This document shows positions 55,336 to 64,000 of a DNA stretch of 64,000 nucleotides, piece after piece (the stretch's first letter is position 1; the number at the start of each line of letters is the position of its first letter). The DNA is taken from IMG/VR virus record IMGVR_UViG_3300044878_000087, positions 2,432-66,431 of that record; one strand, written 5' to 3'. Position numbers and translations under genes: made by a program. The DNA comes from a virus (lineage: Duplodnaviria > Heunggongvirae > Uroviricota > Caudoviricetes). The notes under the pieces were generated by a model. It had not been told where the DNA came from, made no database searches, and worked only from the letters and a program-made list of their open reading frames with translations.

Positions 55336-57312
55336 TTAGGACATGCAACCTCCCATGACTGCAGTGTCATATGGGTGGTCGTTCCTGTTTTTATACAAGA
55401 AGCTGCCTGGGTTATTGAGTGGCTCGTGCTGCTTCTCGAATGCGAGTTTACCCGACAGACTACGGTTATCCATCAGCTTGTTATACTTCTCAAACTGACC
55501 CGTGATCCCAGGTACCGGCAAACGATAGTCTTTGGCAGACGCCGATACGATCATCATAGCGTATACCAGAACTTCGCAATGAACGATGTTCAGTCGGATC
55601 TTTTCATTGATCAGACTTGCGAATGCAGCGAGAGCATCGACTGGATCTTTGTAGTTCTTCAGATAAGTCTTGCTGGTGAAACCCACCTTATCTGAGGACA
55701 ACTTCGAACCATCACCGTTGTCACCGGAGTGCAGGAACGATTGTACGCGTTTCATGAACTCGTACATGTTCACGTGCTTATACGGCAACGTCAGGAATGG
55801 TTGGGAGAAGTCGAAACCGTTCAGATCAATCACGATGTTATCGCGGTTGTCTGTGATCCAACCTACGCGTTGTACGTGACAGAGCAATTCCGTGGACAGA
55901 CTAGACTTCCGGTTATACAGCGACACCGGAAGAATATCACCATGATCTTCACCATCATCGGACGTACGAATCAGACCGATATGAGTAAGCTCAGATGCAC
56001 TCTCAGCAGGATATGCAGAGAGATCTTTAATCATCAATACGTCTGCTAGAGATTGCGCTTCAGCAGACTTGATGACTAGCCTATATCCTTGGTTAGCCAA
56101 GTTACTTTTCAAATACAACGTTTCACTCTGATCCCCTTCACGGAGATACCGGGCTACAGCACCGGCGATTTGGAACTGTTCTACAGCAGAAGTCGCATCA
56201 GTGTGCTTCGTCGACAATACCGATGAAGTAATCTTGTCACCCATCGATACAGCAGAAACTTGTCCGATGTTCGTACCACGCATGATCGAGAATGACAACC
56301 GACCATAGCACCGAGAACATACACCAGCTGGGTCTGGATGAGTACAACCCAGTACCGAACGCATCTTGATCATTTTACCGATCAGATGATCTTCGTTACC
56401 ACGCATCCAATCCATTACACCGTCTTCGCGCATGTAATACTTACCACGCAACGCTTTCACTGTACTCTTCAATACCGGGAAATCGATCAGGATCGGTGTA
56501 CCACAATCGCCTTTGTGAAGACGCTGTACATACTGAGCGATCAGCTGAGACTTCCGGTTGAAGTATTCGGTAACCCGCAGCAGCTCTTTGTTATAGAGCA
56601 AGGCTTTGGTACCCGAACGAGATTCGATCATGGAACCATACAGATCCCAGATGCCATCTACATAACCAACTGTTACCGGGTGCGCGAAGATGTCCGAGTT
56701 GATATCAGTCGGATAGCCTCGTGGGCCAAACGCCTGGAGCAACTGTTCCAACTTCTGAGTACCAGACCGATACCCTTCAATGATAGAGTTCCCACGGAAC
56801 TGCGTCGGATCGTCGAATGCAGCAGCGATCTTTTTGTACGCAACCCCTTCGATACCATGCGTTGATTCCTCTACGTTTTCGTTTGCTTCACGAATGGCTG
56901 GATGGTTATAGACCTGAGCGATGTCGAACATCGACAGAGTCGCTACATAAGGAGACAGTGCAACAGTCGCCTCGTTATACAACCAGTTTACGGTTTCGAT
57001 TGCCAACCGAGCCAGATGCTCAGGATCAGCTTCTTCATTGGTGTGGTCGTGAATACCCCAGATGACTTTGTTCAGATAGGTGATGAGTGACTTTGCAGTC
57101 ACTCGCTTCGAGCCTATGTGATAATCCTTCAGGATCGGTACATCTGGATACGCTTTCAGCGGATACCAGTTCAGGACGGACAGCTTAGTGATCCGGTCCC
57201 GAGCCAGCAGCTTTTGTCCATCATCAAACTCAATGACGTGCCATTCTGAGGGAAGTGCCCACAGCTGTTCATACGACAGATTCAGCAAGTCACGGGCTTT
57301 GTAATGATTCAT
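55336..57312 (-). CDS. non-virion RNA polymerase beta' C-terminal subunit (phiKZ gp74-like)
   Basis: ESRSGTKAL, EYFNRK, DCG, RSVLGC...CSRCYG, LSTKH, LAFEKQ. Confidence 0.88.
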   Translation of the reverse strand: MNHYKARDLLNLSYEQLWALPSEWHVIEFDDGQKLLARDRITKLSVLNWYPLKAYPDVPILKDYHIGSKRVTAKSLITYLNKVIWGIHDHTNEEADPEHLARLAIETVNWLYNEATVALSPYVATLSMFDIAQVYNHPAIREANENVEESTHGIEGVAYKKIAAAFDDPTQFRGNSIIEGYRSGTQKLEQLLQAFGPRGYPTDINSDIFAHPVTVGYVDGIWDLYGSMIESRSGTKALLYNKELLRVTEYFNRKSQLIAQYVQRLHKGDCGTPILIDFPVLKSTVKALRGKYYMREDGVMDWMRGNEDHLIGKMIKMRSVLGCTHPDPAGVCSRCYGRLSFSIMRGTNIGQVSAVSMGDKITSSVLSTKHTDATSAVEQFQIAGAVARYLREGDQSETLYLKSNLANQGYRLVIKSAEAQSLADVLMIKDLSAYPAESASELTHIGLIRTSDDGEDHGDILPVSLYNRKSSLSTELLCHVQRVGWITDNRDNIVIDLNGFDFSQPFLTLPYKHVNMYEFMKRVQSFLHSGDNGDGSKLSSDKVGFTSKTYLKNYKDPVDALAAFASLINEKIRLNIVHCEVLVYAMMIVSASAKDYRLPVPGITGQFEKYNKLMDNRSLSGKLAFEKQHEPLNNPGSFLYKNRNDHPYDTAVMGGCMS

Positions 57313-57319
57313 TAGTACC

Positions 57320-59464
57320 TCAAGCAGCGTAACGAATTTCGGAGTCAGGTTTGTAGCGCAAACGCAAGCCGCGACATTCCAGCAAGTGGTTCAGCAATGC
57401 AACTGGACGAGAGTTACCGAACGGAATTACTTTCCGGTCAACTGCTCGTGGGATGTTCGTTGGTTTATCCGCAGTCATGATGGAATTCACAACAGCGATG
57501 TGGGCTTGAGGGTTGTTGGTTTGGTCGATCAATTCGTTAGTCGGTTCTGGACCAACTACCGAGTTATACGAACGGGTTTCAGATTCACCACAGGATCGAA
57601 TTGCAGTCTCTCGACCAGGAGTGGATGCACGGTCTGAGTTATTCAGCTTCGAAGGCAGACCGAACGGCTGAGTCTTCACGGATGCTACAGCGGACCAGTC
57701 TTCACCAATCTTTTCTAGGAGCATGATGTACAGATAACCGGACAGGATATTATCCTTGGTGGTTACGATACGACCAGCTTGGTCACGATAGGTCATAGGA
57801 CCGAAGTTCGGACAGAACCGCGAGTTGATCACTTTGTTCACAGATTCAATCAAGCTGACTTGGTCTGTTACCGGAGTGAACAGATAATACTGATCACGCA
57901 TTACGTGATACACGTGCTGATATGGATCTGGGTTGGCCAACAGGATCGGTGGCATCGATGGAGCTACGATTTCATAGAACTCGATGAGCTCGTTGAATGC
58001 ATAATCCACGAAAGCTTTATCCGACAATGCTGCTTTCAGACTAGCTTCATCTGGAGTAGCATGACGATCCAATCCTTTCTCTACACGCAGACGTTGTACC
58101 AGGTCACGAGCTGCAGCACCAAGGCCTTGCTCATACAGACGACCATAGTTCGACCGACGCATAGTGGAACCACCGAAGATGACTACGTCAGCTCGGTTAC
58201 CCCATTCATCCACAGGCATGTCTTGCCATGGCTTCACTTCACAAACTACGCCTTTACCACCGTGCCAGTCAGTTGCCTTATAAGCACCGCCAGGCATTTT
58301 GATAGCTTCGTAAGTGATGCTTACACGCCATTCATCCAGAGGCTCAAGGCGATACATCCGGCTGAGCTTCCGCTGGTCTTGTTTGACCGGCAGATGGATC
58401 TGTGCTTCTACTACCAATTGGTGAAGTGCCGGGCTTACCCTGAGTTGGTCTTTCCAACGACCATACAGCTGTTGATACACTTTCAGGATTTCACGATAGT
58501 AGTTCGACAGAGCAGTGTGATACTTGACGAGCTGTCCATCCATACCGAGTGGCGTATGCGATGGGTTAACCCGATCATCACGATAGATGTTGATATCAAC
58601 CACAGTTGCACCTGGGATACCGATTGTAGCCCGATCGAATGTTCGGTCGAGTGTCATCAGTGCCCGAGCAGTCATGTCTGCTGGAGACAGATCTGGATCG
58701 AGATCCCGTAGAGCGAACACCACACCGTCAGGACGAATCTTCTCGCCAATATCCGGGAATGGTTTGTAGTTGTTCTCATCACCATACATGTTCAGGAAGA
58801 ACGCTTTACGACCAGCGTTACCGATTGCATCGTTATAGATCCGAGGACTGAGCTTCTCCAGCGCAGTATCAGCGAAGATGAATCCGTCTTCAATAGTACC
58901 AGGCATGGACATGAACACAGCATTCATGTTTACACCACCGCCCCACATTCCGTTCTCACGAACAGCACGGGTTTGTGCGATGACTGTACCTTTAGGGAAC
59001 ATATGGCCCGGGACCAAGTTCTCCATTACCTTTTGGTTCTTTTCGAGTTTGAAACCGAAGTCCTGGTGCAACGAACAATAGTCACTGATATGCAGGACGT
59101 CTTTCGTCTTGTGCTTATCGTAATAATGTTCGAAGATGATGGTAGTCACCGGGTTACGTCGAATCGCAGAACCCATACCCGAGGTAGGATACTTACGAAT
59201 AACGTTCAGGATCACACAGTCTACTGGGAACTTCACGTCAAACGTGTATTCACCAAACTGCATTTCCATACCGGCCTGGAATCGGCGAGGTTCACAACCT
59301 TCAGACTCTGGAGATTGGCCAATGTGCGATAGGAACATCGCGCCGCGTGCAGACGATGTCGTTCCATAAAACGGATCGAGACACGCGTTGCCCAATAGTG
59401 TTTCGTCAATATTGCGGGTGCGCAATTTTTGTTGGTACTGTTCAGAGACTTGATACAAGTTCAC
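57320..59464 (-). CDS. non-virion RNA polymerase beta C-terminal subunit (phiKZ gp71-73-like, uninterrupted)
   Basis: TIEDGF, YKATDWHGGKGVV, DMPVDEWGNRAD, YIMLLEK, RSCGESE. Confidence 0.9.
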   Translation of the reverse strand: MNLYQVSEQYQQKLRTRNIDETLLGNACLDPFYGTTSSARGAMFLSHIGQSPESEGCEPRRFQAGMEMQFGEYTFDVKFPVDCVILNVIRKYPTSGMGSAIRRNPVTTIIFEHYYDKHKTKDVLHISDYCSLHQDFGFKLEKNQKVMENLVPGHMFPKGTVIAQTRAVRENGMWGGGVNMNAVFMSMPGTIEDGFIFADTALEKLSPRIYNDAIGNAGRKAFFLNMYGDENNYKPFPDIGEKIRPDGVVFALRDLDPDLSPADMTARALMTLDRTFDRATIGIPGATVVDINIYRDDRVNPSHTPLGMDGQLVKYHTALSNYYREILKVYQQLYGRWKDQLRVSPALHQLVVEAQIHLPVKQDQRKLSRMYRLEPLDEWRVSITYEAIKMPGGAYKATDWHGGKGVVCEVKPWQDMPVDEWGNRADVVIFGGSTMRRSNYGRLYEQGLGAAARDLVQRLRVEKGLDRHATPDEASLKAALSDKAFVDYAFNELIEFYEIVAPSMPPILLANPDPYQHVYHVMRDQYYLFTPVTDQVSLIESVNKVINSRFCPNFGPMTYRDQAGRIVTTKDNILSGYLYIMLLEKIGEDWSAVASVKTQPFGLPSKLNNSDRASTPGRETAIRSCGESETRSYNSVVGPEPTNELIDQTNNPQAHIAVVNSIMTADKPTNIPRAVDRKVIPFGNSRPVALLNHLLECRGLRLRYKPDSEIRYAA

Positions 59465-59530
59465 AGAGCTCCTATTTGGTTAGCCTAGTTATCATATAGA
59501 TTTGAAATCCAATGCAATAGGACCGACTAC

Positions 59531-59896
59531 ATGGCATTTACAATTTTAAACAAGATGGCTAAACCTGGCGACGAAATTTATTACGATCCAGATTTCCGAC
59601 TAGTGTTAGAGACGCATCTCAATCTACTAATCGCAAACGCAGCAGCACGTGAAGAGATCCCGTTGGACCTCTTCTATCAATACGAGGGTGACTTCTATGG
59701 TTACCTGGTAGAACGTAGTATCCCACCAGAGTACCACTACATTCACCTACGAATGAATGGTATGACAAATCCAAATCAATTCGCAAAAGAAATGCGCGAT
59801 CCGTCCAACCCATTAGTCCGTCCGATTTTAATCAGACCGAACCAAAACCAGATCGATGGGATCGTTCGACTCTATATGAGCAGAAAATTTAAATGA
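59531..59896 (+). CDS. small conserved protein, possibly baseplate wedge gp53/LysM-like
   Basis: GDFYGYL...HLRMNGMTNP; TAGGA SD. Confidence 0.5.
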   Translation: MAFTILNKMAKPGDEIYYDPDFRLVLETHLNLLIANAAAREEIPLDLFYQYEGDFYGYLVERSIPPEYHYIHLRMNGMTNPNQFAKEMRDPSNPLVRPILIRPNQNQIDGIVRLYMSRKFK

Positions 59897-59901
59897 ATAT
59901 C

Positions 59902-59919
59902 GGGAGGCCGAAGCCTCCC
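59902..59919. terminator. bidirectional terminator
   Basis: GGGAGGC-CGAA-GCCTCCC between convergent genes. Confidence 0.72.
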
Positions 59920-59928
59920 AATATGTCG

Positions 59929-61338
59929 TTACAGTCCGGCGCTACCGTACTGTACCATTTGTTGCTGTGGCATCTGTTGGTATTGCTGGAACTGATTACC
60001 GTAAGGAATCATCTGCTGCTGTGGTTGCTGTTGAGGTTGTTGGAAGACCTGCATGTACGGGTTCTGTGGCATCATTTGTTGCTGCTGTTGAGCAACCCAT
60101 GGGAGCTGAACCTGGCCACCGGTTTGCATTTGAGGCATCATCGGCTGCTGGATGATCTGACCGTATTGGTTGACCATCTGCTGCTGAGGATATTGCTGCA
60201 TCATCTGCGGTTGTTGATACATCGGCATTTGAGACATCTGTGGCTGAGAACCAGCCAGCAGTTGTGCTACGGTTTGTTTTGGCTTTTGGTTCTGTGGTGC
60301 AGAAGCCGAAGCTGGACGTTGTGCTTGCGGTGCAGTCGTTTGCTGATGGGTGAACATGTTTGCCATAGCAGGCATGTTACCAGTCATTGCCGGCTGTACA
60401 GTTTGCTGACGTTGTACTTGTGGCTGAGCTGCTGCTGGAGTTGTTTGTGCATCAGCATCAACTTCATCAGTACCGCCATCATTGCCGTTAAGCGATGGGA
60501 TCTGATTGTAGATGCTTGGGAACTCGTCGATCCATTCCAGAGGGAATAGCTCGATTGGTTTCAGCGGCAGAGCCAGAGGACCAGCGAAGCGATTGATCGA
60601 TTGGTTCATGCGGGTAGCGATCTTGTGATACGCTTGCAGGAATGCCGTGAAGAATGGAGCTACTCGGCTGACAGTACCAGCGGAATATTCTTCAGGGCTA
60701 TCACCGAATGGAACGATCAGGCGCAGCAACCCGGAGATTACTTTGCGTTGCTTCGTTGGAACCTTAACGCCCAGGACCATGTCTTTGTCAGCATCATTGT
60801 CCAGTTCATCCAGGATCGGGAAACGGATTACAGCAATCCGGTTTACTTTCTGGCCTTGGAATGTACCTGGGCCTTTCAGATAAACCGTGATCAGTTTGTT
60901 CTGTTTGTGTGCAGCAGGGATCAGCTTGTCCAGAATCGCCTGGGTCTTATCCGTAACGCCAGTGAGCTTCATCAGCACATCGGACATTTCAGGAGGCAGG
61001 TCTTTATGGATTGCGGTGTCCAGGGACATCTTGACCAGAGCATCAGCCAAGTACGATACCAGGAAACCCAGGTGTTGCTTAACGCTACGTTGCATGTGTT
61101 GCAGAACTGGCGAAGTACCTTTACGGGAAAGGCTTTCGCAGAGCGGGTGATACGGTTGCAGGTCTTCCGAGAAGCCATCACGCAGACGCTTCTGTGTCGG
61201 AATAACCAAGCGAGCACCATTCACCTTGGCTTCAGCTTTGGTCCCTGTTGGGGTGAGGATACTCACCAATCCTGTTTCGTCCACGTCATACTGCATGGAC
61301 TTCAGGATACCTTCATAGACCTTCGAAAGAGATAGCAT
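59929..61338 (-). CDS. phiKZ gp70-like protein with Q/P/M-rich low-complexity C-terminus
   Basis: YHPLCES core; about 170 aa Q-rich tail; synteny. Confidence 0.65.
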   Translation of the reverse strand: MLSLSKVYEGILKSMQYDVDETGLVSILTPTGTKAEAKVNGARLVIPTQKRLRDGFSEDLQPYHPLCESLSRKGTSPVLQHMQRSVKQHLGFLVSYLADALVKMSLDTAIHKDLPPEMSDVLMKLTGVTDKTQAILDKLIPAAHKQNKLITVYLKGPGTFQGQKVNRIAVIRFPILDELDNDADKDMVLGVKVPTKQRKVISGLLRLIVPFGDSPEEYSAGTVSRVAPFFTAFLQAYHKIATRMNQSINRFAGPLALPLKPIELFPLEWIDEFPSIYNQIPSLNGNDGGTDEVDADAQTTPAAAQPQVQRQQTVQPAMTGNMPAMANMFTHQQTTAPQAQRPASASAPQNQKPKQTVAQLLAGSQPQMSQMPMYQQPQMMQQYPQQQMVNQYGQIIQQPMMPQMQTGGQVQLPWVAQQQQQMMPQNPYMQVFQQPQQQPQQQMIPYGNQFQQYQQMPQQQMVQYGSAGL

Positions 61339-62986
61339 TCAGTGCACCTTGTTGAACTTGAGTCGGGTTGTATTGAGCAGCAGGCATCGTCGGATGCATG
61401 TATGGGGTTACCATAAATGGATCGTGTTGCGGTACACCTTGTTGCATTGCCATCAGGGCAGATGCTTTCGGTGCATTCGGAACAACTTCCGATACCAGGA
61501 ACAGCATGTCGTTTGCGATCTTGCTAGCTTTCGCCGCATCGCGAGTGATGACCGGTGCAAACAGGCCATCAGTGAAAGTTGGAGCTACGAACCGAACAAC
61601 CGATTCACCGTTCAGGCTGATATCGATTACCGAGTCACCGGCCAGGTCAGAAGACATGGACAGCTGGAATTGCATTTGGTTGTTGAACGAGATCGTGTTC
61701 AAGCAATCTGTTGCCAGACGACGTTCGAACTCGATCAGATACGGACGCATGTCCACACCTTCCATGATAGACTTAACAGCTTCACCATGGAACTCGAAGC
61801 GATACTGACCAGGCAGATCACCATTGGTTACAGCAAAGCTTACATGACGCAGGAACGTATCCATCATCAGCGATGGAATAGTCTGAGCCAGTGTGGATGC
61901 AGCGATGGAAGTGGAGTCAGCACCGTGGAAGTGGTTGGACGATTCAGCGAAGTTTACCTTACGCAGAGAAGTACCATTGTCCATTGCCCACTGAGCGCAA
62001 CCGTGTTGCTGTACCAGTTCAGGGAACAGTGCACACAGTTCACCCCAGGTAACGAAACCGCGTTCCATGTAGTTCGCACGTTCTTTCAGGATAGCCAGGA
62101 AAGAGTTCGTGTGGATGTTCTGGTTTGCAGCGTATGCTTGAGCTTCGCCATACAGGTGCTCTTTCGAGTTTGCAGCTACGTTGCCATACTGATCATCGCC
62201 CAGCATGTCAGCTTCACGTACAGAATGCTGGAATGCACTCAGAGTGTTCGATACATACCGAACTGGAGAAGTGTCCTGACGATGCGAATACTGATAAGCA
62301 CCACATTCACCAACCATGGTACGGTGATCGTGCATGCGATTGATCTGACCATTGAACCTGCCGGAGTTTTGCAGACGTTCACAGATAGCAGTGGTTTGAC
62401 CGATCGAGAAGATATCTTCAGGACGGATCAGGTGAGACGATGCAGCGGAGAACAGGCCATTACCACCAGCCATCATATCCACTGGGGTTACGATTTGGTT
62501 TGCCGATACAACCTTAGCAAACTTCTGCAGACCCATCGGAGTATTCTTCACGGATTCCGCAATTACGGTTTCCGAGTTGAAGTACACGCGCATTTGTGGA
62601 TCGAGGCGATCAGTATAAGTTACGTCACACTGGTCAGTATAGATGAAGAAGATGCGTTGAGTTGCAGTGCCTTTCATCAGCGGGTGCTCTTCGTGCACAC
62701 GGATGAAGCCACGGAAACGACGCGAGCGCCAACCGTCACCACAGATGCCGATAACGCCTTCGGTCTGAGCTGCAGGTTGAACGATGGTACCAGCAATGTC
62801 TTGCACTGCGGATACACCCAGGTTCATGCCACCACGTGTTACGTTTTGCAATTGGTTGATCGCGTCGTTAGACACGTTCATGTTGAATGGACGAAGATGC
62901 TGCTCTTGATAAGTACCGGATTGAACCAGAACAAGATTACCGACACGGACTTGTGCATTACCCATACCGGACATGGCGTTGTACAT
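61313..62986 (-). CDS. PicA/Imp1-like phage-nucleus protein importer (phiKZ gp69-like)
   Basis: 557 aa; position between gp68-like and gp70/beta genes; SGTYQEQHLRPF, GWRSRRFR, HLIRPED; assignment mostly by synteny. Confidence 0.65.
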   Translation of the reverse strand: MYNAMSGMGNAQVRVGNLVLVQSGTYQEQHLRPFNMNVSNDAINQLQNVTRGGMNLGVSAVQDIAGTIVQPAAQTEGVIGICGDGWRSRRFRGFIRVHEEHPLMKGTATQRIFFIYTDQCDVTYTDRLDPQMRVYFNSETVIAESVKNTPMGLQKFAKVVSANQIVTPVDMMAGGNGLFSAASSHLIRPEDIFSIGQTTAICERLQNSGRFNGQINRMHDHRTMVGECGAYQYSHRQDTSPVRYVSNTLSAFQHSVREADMLGDDQYGNVAANSKEHLYGEAQAYAANQNIHTNSFLAILKERANYMERGFVTWGELCALFPELVQQHGCAQWAMDNGTSLRKVNFAESSNHFHGADSTSIAASTLAQTIPSLMMDTFLRHVSFAVTNGDLPGQYRFEFHGEAVKSIMEGVDMRPYLIEFERRLATDCLNTISFNNQMQFQLSMSSDLAGDSVIDISLNGESVVRFVAPTFTDGLFAPVITRDAAKASKIANDMLFLVSEVVPNAPKASALMAMQQGVPQHDPFMVTPYMHPTMPAAQYNPTQVQQGALNAISFEGL

Positions 62987-63001
62987 TGAACTACCTCTTA
63001 C

Positions 63002-64000
63002 TTACTTGTTGATACGACCTAGGTGCAGAACGAGTTCTGTCAGTGTTGCTTTGATTGTCTGCGGGATGACCAGGATATTGTTGCTAGTCGGTTGACCAGC
63101 TTCTTTATACAGTTCATCCGGTCCGCGATAGATCCAATTGGAAGCATGGATCGAAGCGGTGGCTGTGCTGATTGCAGTGGCAGCCATGTTCTCAATACGC
63201 ATTGGTACACCAGCGTTGGTATACTGTGGCGCTTTCTGGTGAGGGAACAACTCGTTCAACTCGTCTTTATAACGGTTGGGGATTCGAGAGTTCGTACGGG
63301 TAGAGCCCAGTTGGAACTGAGAACCCGATTCACCTTGCTTGAGGAGTTCTACTTGTTGGAACACAGCGATGTCCAAGAAGCCCCAATGCCACAACAGTGC
63401 TTGAGTCGTAGCCAGCATGTTGTTCGTAGCCATCTTGTTAGTATGGTAGAATGCTTTTGCTGGGAACGCCGGAGCCATTACCCATTGGGCAATTTTTACT
63501 TGGTGTGGATTGATTGCTACGTTGGATACGTTTTGGATTGCTTGCACGCAGAGCTGAAGCTTCTTCAAGCATACCGTCGGATCTACACGCTGTGCCAACT
63601 TAACATGATCGTAGGTATCCAGGTTGAATGCTTCGATGTCACCAGGTGGAACCCGATGTTTGGTTTTGTGTGCTTCGAGGAACGAGGTCTTCTCGTCTTC
63701 GTCGCCACCAGACTCTGGTTTCTTTTCATTGACGCGTTCAGCTGTGGTGCGCTCGTTTGGGTTGATGATGCTACGAACGTACCGATATGCGTTTGCTACG
63801 ATGGAGAACGATGTGATATCATCCAGTGGTACAATCGTCAGTCGACGCACCAATACCTTAGACCGCAAGTGTACTGGAACTTCTACCGAAGACATCCCAC
63901 GCCACAGTCGACCGAGAGTAGTTGGTTCATCTTCCACACAGAACTGCACATAGCCAGCCAGTTTGTCGAAAGCCGTATCGACTTCCTCGCCGTGTGGACC
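63002..64000 (-). CDS. non-virion RNAP specificity subunit (phiKZ gp68-like), 5' end outside window
   Basis: Frame open to window end; SIVANAYRYV, DEDEKTSFLE, QALLWHWG; synteny. Confidence 0.65.
   Translation of the reverse strand, partial: GPHGEEVDTAFDKLAGYVQFCVEDEPTTLGRLWRGMSSVEVPVHLRSKVLVRRLTIVPLDDITSFSIVANAYRYVRSIINPNERTTAERVNEKKPESGGDEDEKTSFLEAHKTKHRVPPGDIEAFNLDTYDHVKLAQRVDPTVCLKKLQLCVQAIQNVSNVAINPHQVKIAQWVMAPAFPAKAFYHTNKMATNNMLATTQALLWHWGFLDIAVFQQVELLKQGESGSQFQLGSTRTNSRIPNRYKDELNELFPHQKAPQYTNAGVPMRIENMAATAISTATASIHASNWIYRGPDELYKEAGQPTSNNILVIPQTIKATLTELVLHLGRINK

Noticed and set aside
59893-60549. Leu/His-rich 218 aa plus-strand ORF
   Set aside because: Reverse complement of the Gln/Met-rich tail
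61349-62989. 546 aa plus-strand ORF
   Set aside because: Antisense shadow of the PicA-like gene
1-64000. tRNA, rRNA, introns, inteins, alternative genetic code
   Set aside because: No cloverleaf or rRNA signatures noticed by eye; RNAP, helicase and polymerase ORFs are continuous; TAA, TAG and TGA all act as stops

Overview
This window is part of a phiKZ-like jumbo phage genome (nucleus-forming Chimalliviridae type, probably Pseudomonas-infecting; host not shown by the sequence). Most genes are on the minus strand. Reading from the right end: the non-virion RNA polymerase block (gp68-like subunit, PicA/Imp1-like gp69, Gln-rich gp70-like protein, beta and beta' subunits, SF2 helicase); a cassette of two-helix membrane proteins; a probable tail-assembly chaperone pair with a P2-type T6 -1 frameshift candidate; a virion RNAP beta' fragment; a degenerate GIY-YIG gene; a Kelch-containing virion protein; the exonuclease half of the split family B DNA polymerase; and the head/inner-body and tail/baseplate structural block (phiKZ gp84-gp101-like). 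The left 11.6 kb is accessory. There, five repeated early-promoter motifs (minus strand ATTTAAA-N12-CTATATTAC) drive a dense array of about 21 tiny membrane or amphipathic proteins, nine of which are too short for the supplied ORF track. Candidate counter-defence genes include a DarG/TARG1-like macrodomain, a small alarmone hydrolase, an Acb4-like (N4 gp49/Sf6 gp66) sponge and a possible NADAR-like protein. phiKZ gene numbers come from recalled synteny and motifs, not from a database search. No tRNA, rRNA or CRISPR array was seen.
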